Source: the human T2T-CHM13v2.0 reference genome, Homo sapiens
Length of the DNA stretch: 64,000 bases
Assembly (NCBI RefSeq): GCF_009914755.1
Contig: NC_060943.1
Strand: one strand, 5' to 3'
Made by a program: the position numbers and the translations under genes. This document shows, in pieces, positions 33,076 through 54,580 of this stretch. A model generated the notes under the pieces. That model saw only the letters and a list, made by a program, of their open reading frames with translations, did no database searches and had not been told where the DNA came from. Every line of letters begins with the position of its first letter. Position 1 is the first letter of the stretch.

Positions 33076-35075
33076 GAGGCTGCCTTCCACTGAATTAAAG
33101 TCTCAGTGAATTTCACGATAAGCACGTGAACTGAAATATTCAGGTTCTCACATTGGGACTGACTAGGCAAACAACTTGACCCAGGAGAACAAAGAAAACA
33201 GGGGTGGGTGATGAACCACGCTATATTGGAACAGAGCCAAAGGAACCTTCTTGCACAGCCAAGAGAAGCCATGAGTGTGTGACCCCGCCCCAGAAACCAT
33301 TTTTCTCCCTTGGATCTTTGCAACCAAGAAATCAGGAGATCCTCCCATGGGCTGAGTCACGGCGGCCTTGGGCCTAGTACACAGGGCTGTGTGGAGTGTT
33401 GGCAGAGCAGCTGCTCAGACACAGACCGAGACCCAGGAGGTTTACACAATCTAGCCTTGAGAAACCAGGAAAGGTGGGAGTTCCGTTGGTACATTCCCCC
33501 AGTAAGGGGGCTGAATTCAGGTGTTATACGAGTTGTTAAGAAATTATTTTGGGCAGACAGGGAGGAAAAGGGGTCCTTGGGAAGTTTTGTTTCTTCTTAA
33601 AGCAGCTCCAGAAATGAGTCTTGTCTAGCAGGAAAGCCCCGGCTTTTAGAGTTCTCCGGTAACCTTGATCTGCAGATGCCGGCCATTAGAAACTGGGTCC
33701 ACCCAAACATAGCGATTCCCGCCCTCTTCTGGCCCTTGTCCCCACCTGTGCCTGGCGATATGGCCACCCCCATATATCCCCATGAGTGTAGGAAATCAGG
33801 GTGTCCGGCACGTGCATATTCAAAGGCTAGGTGGGAGGGCCAGTTTTTCCGTGGGCCACATAAATGACATGCCTGGTCGAACCAATCGCCTGAACCCTAT
33901 GCAAATCAGACACCACCCCCTCCAGTTTCTTCATATAACTCATTGGTATCCACAGCACTCCGGGTTTCCTCTTTTGGCTTTGGAGCCCCCCTCCCTCTGT
34001 CTCAGTATGGGGAGCTCTTCCTTCGTTCTTGCCTATTAAACTGCACGCCATAAAACCACTGTACATGTGTTTGTGTCATTTTCTCCAATTCTGTGTGAGA
34101 CATGAGCCCTGGTGTTCCTCCACTCATCACAGCCATATCACAGGGAGCCAGACAGCCTCATCCTGTGGTCCCCATCATCACAGCACTTCTCAAGTCCCAC
34201 GGGCTTGGAATACCAGCCAAGCAGTGGCAAGATAGCAAGCCAAGTGCCTGAGACTACCGAGTTCTGGGTGGTTGGGGCGGCCACCGTCTCTGTTTCCGTA
34301 GACTCAGACAATCTAGCCTTCGGGCTCCAGGGAGGGCAGCTGGTCTGGAGCAGGAGGGGTCCCCCACAAGGCAGCACTGCTGCTGTGCCTGATAGTGGCC
34401 AGACTGTTTCTTTAAATTTGACCTTGATTCATCCCTCCTCACTGGGAAGGTCCTCCCTGTTGGAATTTCAGGAACTCCAGCCAGGGTTATAGGGTTGGTG
34501 GGAAGCCTGATCTCTTTCTGGGTTGGAGGTCCTCCGGGGATGGGCGGCTGCCATCTTTGTAATTGTGGACTCAACCTTTTCAGCTGAAGCAAATGAACAA
34601 AGCTGGGAGCATCACATTTCCTAACTCTAAAATATATTACACAGCCATAGTCACCAATACAGCATGGTACAGGTATAAATGTGGACACACAGATTGATGT
34701 AACAGACGAGAGAATCCAAAATGAAAGCCACACATTCATAGGCAACTGATCTTTGACAAAGCTGACAAGAATATACACTAGGGAAAGCACACCCTTTTCA
34801 ATAATTGGTACTGGGACAGTTGCATTGTCATATGCGGAAGAATAAATCTGAACTCCTATTTCTTACCATGTTTACAAAAATCAATTTAAAGTGAATTATA
34901 GACTGAAATGTATGTACTGAAATGGTCAAAATATCAGAAGAAACTTAGGGAAAACTCTTCTGGTCATTGTCCAGTAAAGAGTTCACGAGTAAGACTTCAA
35001 AAGTACAGGCAACAAAACCAAAAAGAGACCAATGTAAATTTAAACCAAACTAAAAATTTTAATTAAATTAAAAAG
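33048..35075 (+). mobile_element. Old L1 (L1PA/L1PB-type) 5'UTR plus ORF2 fragment, head-to-head with copy A
   Basis: ggcgggccaagatggccaattagaag L1 5' start; aaagctgggagcatcacatttcc ORF2-like segment. Confidence 0.7.
33522..34140 (+). mobile_element. Solo ERV1 LTR (MER4-group, MER61-like) inserted in an old L1 5'UTR
   Basis: TGTT...ATCA termini; TSD CAGG; empty site seen in paralog at ~35727. Confidence 0.8.
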
Positions 35076-35078
35076 CCA

Positions 35079-35174
35079 TACACCATTTTTCTATCTCATC
35101 CCTAAGAAAATGGACCACGTCATCCACTAGCATTTCCATGGCACCTTCATTATAGGCGAAGTAAGTGAGCCCAT
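35079..35174 (-). pseudogene. Truncated third copy (C) of the candidate gene: MGSLTSPIMK/AMEMLVDDVVHFLRDEIEKWC
   Basis: atcATGG at 35174; 1-nt deletion near codon 11; cut after ~32 codons where it joins an L1 fragment; TATA degraded. Confidence 0.7.
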
Positions 35175-35264
35175 GATAAGTGTAATGAGCCTTCTGTTTA
35201 TTTCAGGCGAAGTTAAGTAATGGATATTCCTGGAGTGGTGTGGATTTTACAGAAAGTGACGTGA

Positions 35265-38045
<2,781 letters not shown>

Positions 38046-39642
38046 AGGACCAGCAGGGTATTTCACACCTGTAATTCCCATGCTTTTCCAAAACAGTATA
38101 AGAGAATTGCTTGATGACTGGGTGACACAGTGAGACCCTATCTCTGCAAAAACAATATATGTGTATATATATATATATATGGAGAGAGAGAAATCAGCTG
38201 GGCATGGAAGCTGGGACTACAGGTGCGTGCCACCACACCCGGGTAATTTTTTTGTGTGTTTTTAGTAGAGATTGGGTATCAACAGGTTGCTCTGAGTGGT
38301 CGTGAACTCCTGAGCTCAGGCAATCTGCCCTCCTTGGCCTCCCAAAGTGCTGGGATTACAGGTGTAAGCCACCACTCACAGTCTTCCTTCCTTCCTCCCT
38401 TCAGGTGATTGCTCAGATGCTGCTTATTCTTGGAGGATATCCCTGACCAACTTATAGAATTAGCGGGAACCTTATGGTTGACACATTTCCTATGTTCCTC
38501 ACCTGCTTTCTTTTCTTGTGGAGGACTTACAGCTGTCTGAAATACAGCATGTTTCTTTCTTGATTGCCTTTCTCTCCTCCCGAGAATATCAGTTGCACGA
38601 GGCCAGTGACTGTTTCTCTCTTTTCTGAGTCTCCTGCAACCACCGGTAGCATACACATAGTGTATCCTTAATATCTCCTTGTTCAAAAGGTGAATTTCTT
38701 GAAGCTGGGGGGCAGAGGTTGCAGTGAGCTGAGATTGTGCCACTTGATTCCAGCCTGGGCGTAAGAGCAAAACTTGGTTTCTGGCTGGGGGGAAAAAGGA
38801 TAAATTTCTCTATTCATGAAAAATTGGACATTGGGAATCAAGTATAGCCACCTTAGTTTTTCAGTGATAATTCCAGCCCTGTCAACTTGTAGGAATCATG
38901 TACGATGGTTCCCTTTGCTGGAGGCTATTGCTGTGTAATAAAATATCCCTAATTAGTAGGAAAGAATAACCATCATTGATTTGTGCTCACAAATGCTGTG
39001 AACAAGAGGTTCTGATGAGGAGAGTGGAGATGACTTCTCTGTGTGATCTCAGCTCACTGCAACATTTGTCTCCCAGGTTCAAGCTTCTCCTGCCTCAGCC
39101 TCCCAAGTAAATTGGATTACAGGCACATGCCAGCATGCTTGGCTAATTTTTGTATTTTTAGTAGAGACAGGGTTTCATCATGTTGACCAGGCCGGTCTCA
39201 AACTCCTGACCCCAGGAGATCAGCTCGCCTCAGTCTCTCAAAGTGCAGGAAATACAGATGTACACCACTACACCCACTCTTAAGTTTTTACTTATGAATA
39301 ATAACACTGACAGTGTTCTAAATTCTCTAAATGGTCAAATGGATAAAGAAATAAGACCCAACTTATGGTGCCTTAAAGAAATCAACTTCATCTATAGAGA
39401 CACCGAAAGGGAAATGAAAACAGGGAAATGGAAAAGGATATTTCATGAAGCTGGAAACCAAAAAAGTGCCAGAGTAGCTATTCTCATATTAGATAAAATA
39501 GACTAAAATCACAGACTGTAACAACAAAAGACAAGGAGGGTCACTAGTTAATGATAAAGAGGTAAATCGGCAAGAGGATACCACAATGATTAATACCTAG
39601 GTACGTGACACCAGTTTTTTCAAATGTAAAAAGCAAACATAG

Positions 39643-45836
<6,194 letters not shown>

Positions 45837-47182
45837 TGTGTTGTAAGATGGTATTTGCAAACTTCACGGTCACCTCCAACCAAAAAAACCTACTATTTTC
45901 TTTTATTATACTTTATTTATTTACAGATGATGTATTTATTTACATCATTATTTACAGATTTACAGATGATGTATTTATTTACATCATTATTTACAGATGA
46001 TGTATTTATTTACAGATGATGTATGATATCTCCTTTAAGTGGGTAAAAATTTGAGAGCAGAAAACTCTTGTTTTGTTTGTTGCCATATCCATAACACCTG
46101 GCCCAAGGCCTGGCATGAAGTAGCTGCTTTGTCAATATGCCATTGAATGAATATTTGAATGAATGAATGAACTATGTGGTTTGGGTAATCCTCACTGAGA
46201 AGATTACATGCAAGCTGAGACCTGAATGATAAAAGAAGATCATTCAGGAGATCTGGGAGATCTGGGTGAAGAGGATATGGCTTGAAGCCACTGCACGTGC
46301 AAAGGCCCTGAGGCAGGGGTGAGCTTCGCAGGGAGGTGGAGCAGCAGGCAGGAGGCCAGTGTGGATGAATCCAAGGGAGTGAGGGGAAGAGTGGGAAAGG
46401 ATGAGGGCCAGGTCTAGACCAGGATGAGGCACAGAAGGGTTTTGCCACTTTCTCCACTGACAGTGAAGCCTTCGTGCTCACCCTGTGAGTATGGGTGCAC
46501 GTGTGATGTCGACAACTAAGGTGTGTGGGGAAGGTGAATTTATTTGAATTTATTCAAAACTTGATAAGCAAATTTATGAAAAGTTAACTTATCTTGTCTT
46601 ATCAACCCAGGACTAATGTTTCAATAATTAGCTTGGAAAAATGAGGAGTTAGCCTCTATGACTTGTGTAATAGCAGTGAAAGCTCTCTGTTCCAGGTTAG
46701 GGAGGGATGGAGTAGCCCAGTTTCAGACCCCAAGTGGGTGAAGAGGTGTCCATGGGAGAGTGTCTCAGTGTGAGTGTCAGAGCCCATACAAGAGTAGAGC
46801 CCTCCATGGAGGTGCCACTTGGGGTGGGACCTCAGAGTCCGAGCAGGCCATGAGGCCATCCACACAGGGGCAGTCCAGCACATGGAGTCAGAGTCAGGCA
46901 TGGAGAAAAGGACATCATTAATAGGGCCTCTGGATGTCATACCCTTCTCAGACTAAGTATTTCTGCCCTAATTATATACCAGGATCTGACCCTCTTGCAG
47001 ATGATAGTCAATGATTCTTGACAGGAGAGTAATTGCACCACTTTTCTGGTGGTCTCTTGACGCAAGAGAACAAACACACTGAAAAGAAATGGCAAGTCAA
47101 CGTTTAAAGCAACTTCTTTGTCCCTTGTTGAAACCATTCTCTTTCTGGGGTATAGACCTCTAAACCCAGAACTCTAACATCT

Positions 47183-48275
47183 TTTTTGTTCGTTTTTTGT
47201 TTTTTTTTTCAAGACAGAAGTTTTGTTCTGCTTGCCCAGGTGGAGTGCAAAGGCAGGATCGGGTCACTGCAGTCTCTGCCTTTTGGGTTCAAGCGATTCT
47301 CCAGCCTCAGCCTCCCGAGCAGCTGGGATTACAGGTGCTGGCCCCAATACCTTGCTAATTTTTGTATTTTTAGTAGGGACGGGGTTTCACCATCTTGGCC
47401 AGGCTGGTCTCGAACTTTTGGCCTCAGTGGATTCACCTGTCTAGGCCTCCCAAAGTGTTGGCAGTACAGGTGAAAGCCACTGCACCCAGCCCACAACACT
47501 AAAATCTACAAGGATGGGAAGCCCAAAGCTTTCAAATGGGCTTCGTGGATGAAGGTGAATGAGTGGGAATATTCCCATTTCCCCCATCTGGATCACAGGC
47601 CCATGTGTTCCAACTTGTAGAAATACAGGACCATAAAATGGCATTTTCCTTTTTATTAGAGGATATGCCCAGCATGCCTCAGGCTGTTGCATTTCTGAAC
47701 ACTTCACAGATATGGCACATCGCTGAAAGGCAGAGACATGGAAAATCCCCATGACCATCAAACTCTTACACTTCAGTATAGATTTGTTATGAGCAGAGCT
47801 AGGACTACAAGGAATGTCATTCTCACCATTGGATGTCATTGGTATCAGTGTCGACAGGTATGCACTTTCAGCCTTTGGAACTCGCTGTGTGATCCTTAGG
47901 TTTTCAGAAACCTTACCATTTCCTGTCCATCAGACCTGGTAATGACATTGTTATCAGTAGAATGGAGATTGGGCTGGGTGCAGTGGCTCAGGCTTGTAAT
48001 CTCAGCACTTTGAGGCCAAGGTGCTTGGATCACTTACGCTCAGGAGTTTGAGTCCAGCCTGAATAACATGGTGAGAGCACGTCTCTACAAAATATACAAA
48101 AACTAGCCCAGCATGTCGCTGTGTGTCTGTAGTTCAAGCCACTTAGGAGGCTGAGGTGAGAGGATGCCTTGAGCCTGGAAGCTCAAGACTACAGTCAGCC
48201 CAGATAGCCCCACTGTACGTCAGCCTGGCTGATGGAGTAAGATGTTGTCTCATCAACAACAACAACAACAACAAA
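47183..48275. mobile_element. Two Alus (minus 47183-47491; plus 47971-48275)
   Basis: Alu consensus. Confidence 0.85.
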
Positions 48276-49690
48276 ATTTGAATGGAGAATGGAGCTGTGT
48301 ATTATGTTGCAGAATGTTCTGATGGGCTTGGTTCCTCAGGACTACTTGGATGGCTAATGAGAGAGACGGGAAGACAGAGAGCTTGAGATTGTGAATAAAT
48401 ACTGCTGTTGTTCTCATGTCAATGCCAATATTACAGATCCACCTTCCTGAAGAGTTTTGCAAAACATGGATTTTGCAGACCAACAATGCATACAGTGTGA
48501 CCGAGGTTGTGTTATTTATTGCTATGGTGAGAGAAAACATCCATCACAGCTGCTACAGTGGGGTCACACCTGATGACGTTTGCATTACCTTCCTGCCATC
48601 TGCCATCATCCTTCTGGATTTTGAAGATACCAGACTGGTGAATTCCATGAAACAGATGACTGGACCCACAGCACTGGTCCTTGAGTTTTTGATGGTGGTG
48701 CTCATCTCTGCCATCTATATACAGGAAATAATTTGCCTTGAGATTTGATATTGGTTTTTATTGATTATGTTGTCTTGGATGAGCATTGATAGACTTAGGC
48801 TTTCCATTTGCAATTGTTTTTTTCCTAAAATTATAAGTCATAGCTCACAGGCCACAAAAACACTGTAAGTATTTTTCCTGTTTCTAAGTCTATGACTCCT
48901 GATTATACATGAGAGCCTAGGAACATAACCACAGAGGAGAGAGGTTCACAAACAGAGTTCACTCACTTAGAGGCAGAAGTTGGCAAGGAATACATCAATT
49001 TCCTGACCCCCACCCTTAGGCCATTACTCTAACAGGGGTCATGGTGATGTTTCCAAACCATGGGTTTTATGCCAACAAGGCCTTCTTGGCCAAGAGCTTC
49101 TAAAAGACAACAATACTCACCTTTGTTCAGTGCTCAGTTACCTAAGCAAATGACTGTAGGTCTTTTCCAAGGGAAACTGGAGAATTCCAAACTTGTACAC
49201 CTTCCTTGGTTTTGCATAAACCTGCCTCATGAGAACCCAGCCTCTTTTTGAGTTAGGCCTTCTCGTGTGAGAACTGTCTCAGATTTTAACTGTATGAAGG
49301 ATGATGACTTTCTAAGGGGCTGCTGACATCTGCCTTCTGTTCCTCTTGATGATTTCTATTTCCTGTTAATGCAGGGACACACCTGTCTGCCATTTATATC
49401 TGTTGTCGCTAATGAAACACGCTCTAAGAGTTAAGTCCTAGATATTGTAGGGCAGTCCCCCCGTGATGTACTCTGGCACTGGTGTCACCTCCTTATACCC
49501 CCTTGCATTGATGGCAAAGTGCTGGCCTCTGCCATTCCCACATCCTCTCACCACTTTGGTGCTATGGATGGAGCCCATCTCTGTATCAGTGTCCCCTGCT
49601 TTGAGCTCTGACCTATGAAGAATGTCCAGCCCTTGCATCTCAGTGATGCTGGTGTCCCTCTCACTGGTGCAGTGGTCATGGGCAGTCTTT
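47500..49690 (-). mobile_element. Degenerate ERVL-class internal (gag/pol) remnant
   Basis: Minus-strand WNSPVWYLQNPEG*WQM...QV/TPTVAAVMDV at ~48650-48540 resembles ERVL RT (NSPVWPVQK.DG.WRM...QVVTPIAAAVPDV). Confidence 0.6.
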
Positions 49691-50001
49691 TTTTTTTTTT
49701 TTTTTTTTTTTTTTTGAGACGAAGTTTTGGTATTTTTTCCCATGCTGGAGCGTAGTGGTGTGATTACAGGCATCCAGCACAACGCCGGTCTAATTTTTTG
49801 TATTTTTAGTAGAGACAGGTTTTCACCATGTTGGCCAGGCTGGTCTCTAACTCCTGACTTCAGGCGATCCACCCACCTCAGCCTCCCAAAGTGCTGGGGT
49901 TACAGGCATGAGTCACCCCGCCCGGCCATCATGGGTAGGGTTCAAGATCATAGTCAGCTCCTGGTTCTCCTTCTATAGTAGACCCAATCCAGGATGCCCA
50001 C

Positions 50002-50428
50002 TGATTGAGGTTGGAGCTGTGTCCCCACCCACACCTCATATGGAATTGTAATCCCCACTGTTGGAGGTGGGGCTGGCTGCGCTGGTGACAGTTGAGTGGA
50101 TTATGGAGGCGGATATTTCATGAATAATTTAGCACCATCCCATAGGTGCTGTCCGGTGATGGAGTTCTCAAAAGATCTACTTGTTTGAAAGTGTGTATCA
50201 CCTCTCCTACCACTTGCTCCAGCTCTGGCCGTGGAAGATGAGCCTGCTTCCCTTGTACTTTTTGCCATGACTCTAACTATTCTGGGGCCTCCCCAGAAGT
50301 TGAGCTGATGGCCAGCATCATACTTTTTGTACAGCCTGTGGAACCATGACCCAATTAAACCTGAGTTTTATAAATAATTACCCAGTCTCAGGTAATTCTT
50401 TATAGCAGTGCATGAACAGACTAACACA
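50002..50428 (+). mobile_element. MaLR MST-type LTR (copy B)
   Basis: Paralog of 30795-31221. Confidence 0.8.
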
Positions 50429-53400
50429 TGCACTTCTCAACTATGTTATTCTTTACCCCAAAGCTATCCATCTGTACAATTTGGATCTGAGCCTAACCAC
50501 CTGCAGTGAGCCCACACTCCTCTGGTTCTGGGCATATTTTTCCACTAGCCTAACCTCACATCCAGTGCTAGCCCCAATTTGGCAATCTCAGGTCACTTAC
50601 ACTACCCTCCAACTTGCCACAAATTCAAAAGTTCCCATCACTCTCAGGGTGACTATGGAGCTAGCATCATTCACACAACTCAAAAAAATCACTCTGTTTG
50701 TTTTACAGTGTTATAACAGCTAAAATATACAAATCCAAAGAAGCCAAAGAGACAAACAAATAGGGCTGGGTCAGAAAGGATCCCAGACAGATGACTCCAC
50801 TGCCTCCTCAAGGCAGGGTGAGGGGGAATGCATCTCCCGGCTCCACTGATGATGGTCTCTTTGTGATGAAGCTTTGTTCCTGGGTCTCAGTTGTACATGT
50901 CCTTTGGCTCTAGGAGAAGATGATGCTTTCCAACTCTCAAACCTGATTTATTTCTTATTTTTTTGGAAGCAGAATCTCACTCTGTTGGCCAGGTGGGAGT
51001 GTGTGCAGTGGCACAATCATACCTCATTGTAACCCCTAAGTCCCTGACTCAGGTGATTTTTTTATCTCATGCTCCCCATTAGCTAGATCTACAAGTACAG
51101 GTGCGTGCCACCAAGCCCATCTAATTTTTAAGAAAATTTTGTTGTAGAGATGAGGTCTTGCTCTGGTGTCCAGGCTGGTCTGGAACTCCTGGACTCAAAA
51201 GATCCTACCTCTTCAAGCTTCCCCCGAATCTCTGGATTATAGATGTGAGCCACCACATCTAGTCCCAACTCTCACACTTTAAATTGCTGAGTGACAGGTG
51301 ACAGCCTGACTTTTCCTCTTTCAATGCATCAATGGCACTCGTTTGCAGCCATCCAATTCCACATTCATATCGCTATTATTTACCTACAATCTTCCAAACC
51401 AAAAGCAATGTACCTTCAGTGCTTCTACCGTAGTTCATCCAAAATTACCCCAGGTGAAACATCGGTGGTTTCACAGTGGTCACATGCCCTAGCGACTCTG
51501 TCCTCCAACTGCCAGCAGTGATTGTTGCTCACTGAAGTCCTGTGGGGAGTCATCCAACCCCAGAATCCATACTTAGGGTTGACTTCCCAGGACCATTGCC
51601 AGTAGCAATTGATAGCTCATGGTTTCTAGAAGCAGAGCATGAGATAGGGAATCAAGATGTGCATTGAGGGAGTGCTCCCGATAGCTCAGGCAGGGCAGCT
51701 CAAGGAAACCAGGTAACATCAGGTCTGGCTGAAGACCTGCTTAAGCCTGATCCCAAGCAGGCTCTGGAGCACAGCCTTCAGCACAGAGGTGGCCTCATCT
51801 TGGTCACCCTGAGGTTTCTGTGCCAGTGATTCCCTGGCTGCTAGCTGTTGCCAGGAAGGGGGTGATTAACAACCATCTGGGCCATGTGACTGCACGACAA
51901 CTGAGTGCAAATCTCTCTAGGAGAGGCACCTACCAGGTGTGAAGGAGGATCCTGGGGAAGGGGGTCTGGGCACAGCCATTCCTGTAAATGGCTTTCAGGA
52001 AACACATGAGAATCTTTGGGATGTTGGAAATTAGGGGTGGACATTGAGAGAACAAAATGTCCATGGAAAATATTATAAATGTCCATGGAAAGACAAAACG
52101 CTGGGCAGAAAGGCAGTGAAAGATCATAAGGGCTCCATAACGTCCTCCGTGTGACAAAGAGTTCATTAAGACAAGGGAGGAACCCTAGACCCTGCTTAAA
52201 AGGACGTGGCTTCAGGGAGAGCTCCTGTGGGCACACTCAGAGTTGAGGTAAAACTCCTGGGATTTTGTCTAATTCCAGTGTACTGGGTAGGGGTAGACTT
52301 TTGGCAATGTGAGGTCAGGGGTATCAGATGAAGGGGTCAACAAATGCCTGGACAGGATTCACGAAGATGAGAGGGACGTTCGAATTCCTAAAAAGCTGGT
52401 GGTCAAAAGAATGAGGATGAAGAGGAGGGTGTCCTGAAACCTCGGAGCCAGAAGTGGGGCTGAAGGCAAGAAGCCTTTCAAGGGAAGAAGGGAGTTTGGA
52501 AAGAGATGGATATCAGGCCAGAAACCTTCCCCCAACCTGGTGCCCCAAAGCATTCTAAAAACGGGGGTGGGACACAGAAGAGGTTGTCTGAGCAGAGGAG
52601 GATCCCGGAAGCCAGCGTGGGGGAAGGAAGAGGGTATGAGGCTGGCATGAAGTGGGGACTAGAGAAAGGGTGAGTAGTTTTCAGAGAAAAGGCCAGTGTC
52701 CAGGGCTGTCCAGGAGCGAATCTGGTCACTTGTTCTGAAACAGGGGTCCGGGTCTGGCAGTGGCAGCATGGTGGGGTGGGTGAGTGGCACTATGGAAGAG
52801 CCAAATCTCCACCTCTATCCTCAAAGCCTTTCTTCCACACAGCTTTCCGGTTAGCAAGGCTCCATGAGAATGGTTAGTTCCTGAAAATAGTGGACCCCAG
52901 AAGGGCTGACTAGGAGCGTGGGCATAGGGAGAGGGAGGGGATCCAGGGCCCGGAGGACCTTGCCAGAGCGTGTAGCCCGCAGAATTGAGGAAACGAGAGT
53001 GGGGGTGGGGATCAGATCCCAGCATTTATGGAGTGACTGCAGCCCAGAAAGGTGGAAAAAACTAAGAAGGGGACCCCAAGGGCTTGAAAGACCTTGCCGA
53101 GTGTGGAGCCCTGAAGTGCGCAGGCCACTCGGTTGTCCCTCAGGGGCCTGGGAACCTCGCGGAGTGTGGAGTCTCTAGAACGCAGTCCACTCCGCTGGGG
53201 AGGTGGATTTCAGGCCAGAAACCTTCAGGGACCTGGAGCCCCAACACATGCTAAAAACAGGGGTAGGGACACAGATCTGAAAGATTTTGGAGTACTTGGA
53301 AGGCAGAAGGGAAACTTGAATAAGTCAGGGTGGAGCGCTCAGAAGATGGCGGAGACAGCCGAGCTGGAAGAATCCAGAAAGAGAGGCGGGGACAGGGGAT

Positions 53401-54164
53401 GGGGGCTCAGACGCATTCAGAGCGCACAGGGCCCCTCCAAGGTCGCTTTCACACTGCCGGGTTTTCCTCTGCGGCTGCAGAGCTGCACTTTTCCTCTGTC
53501 CCAACCAAAATGTGACCCTTGAAGGTCTCATCCCCCATGGACTGTATCTGGGCCTCATTTATTCAGGGGCCTCAGTCCTCAAGGAGGCCATTGTCACTCT
53601 CCTTCCCGATAGAGTCCTCTCAAATTAGTAAGGGCCCCTCAAGGAGCCCAGGGTTTGTCTTTATCCCTCCCTGAAACTTCTTCGGAAGGAGGAAGTTCCC
53701 AAACACCCCCAGGCTTTAGTGCCAGAATTTCACCCTCTGAAACCTCCTCCTTCCCTAGACCCAGTCCGGCTCCTCATCCTCAGTCCCTCAGACCCCATGG
53801 AGGTGTCCCCTGCAGTGGGTTTTCTCCAGATTGAGAGCCTCCCCTCCTCAGCACACAACCCAGAGACTCACCCTGTTCTGAGCAGCGAGCCACCGCATAA
53901 GCAGACATGAGACCTCACTCCAGTCAAATAACACTTTATTTTTGTAAATTCAATTGTTTTGTTCCCGGAGGAAAGGGAGGAGCTCAGGAGAACAGTGTCG
54001 TCAAAATTTCCTGGTGGTTGTTTAATCACAGCCGCCGAGTAGGTCAGAAAACTCATCCGGATTACCCTCTTCCTCCTGAAATTAAAGGAAATGTGCAGGA
54101 CTCATCAACTGGTAAGGTTTCGTGACAATTGTGCGAATATCGTGCTGGATATATGAATAGAAAG

Positions 54165-54464
54165 TTAAATCTGAACGACCTGTGCTGCTTGTCCAGACAT
54201 CATCTTCTTCAGGAAATATGAGATGTTTCTGAAGAGTTTCAGCAGCTTGTCAGGAAAGGACTCTGCCTTTTCCAGTACATAGATGAGCATCATCTGGATT
54301 AGAGACCTCAACACGGCGAATACAATTTCCGTTGCTAGTTTTGGGACACATGTCATGAATTGGTCGGCACACCATTTTTCTAACATATCGGTCAGAATAC
54401 TGGCCACTTTAGGCACTATCTCTTCCTTGGCCAGGTTCTTTATAAGTGAAATAAATGAGCCCAT
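54165..54464 (-). CDS. Candidate 99-aa intronless protein, copy B (MGSFISLIKNLAKEEIVPKV...GQAAQVVQI); amphipathic helical, N-myristoylation-type start
   Basis: atcATGG strong Kozak at 54464; TAA at 54167-54165; TATA and initiator upstream; AATAAA at 53940-53935; frame conserved with paralog at 32.6-32.95 kb with large excess of nonsynonymous change. Confidence 0.55.
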   Translation of the reverse strand: MGSFISLIKNLAKEEIVPKVASILTDMLEKWCADQFMTCVPKLATEIVFAVLRSLIQMMLIYVLEKAESFPDKLLKLFRNISYFLKKMMSGQAAQVVQI

Positions 54465-54471
54465 GATATGT

Positions 54472-54580
54472 GCAATGAGCGTGCTGTTGGTTTCAGGCAA
54501 AGTTATATAATGAGAGCGTTCCTGGAGAGTGGAGGCATTTTACAGAAGGTCACGTGGTGGGGGCGGGCCAAGATGGCCAA
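54472..54580 (-). promoter_or_regulatory. Core promoter of copy B: TATATAA (54509-54503), initiator CTCATT (A+1 ~54476), E-box CACGTG, GC box, YY1/CCAAT-like motif
   Basis: TATAA lies 31 nt upstream of a BBCABW initiator; CACGTG 54551-54556; GGGGCGGG and CAAGATGGCCAAT follow. Confidence 0.55.

Noticed and set aside
48416-48748. 110-aa hydrophobic ORF
   Set aside because: Antisense to a decayed ERVL pol fragment
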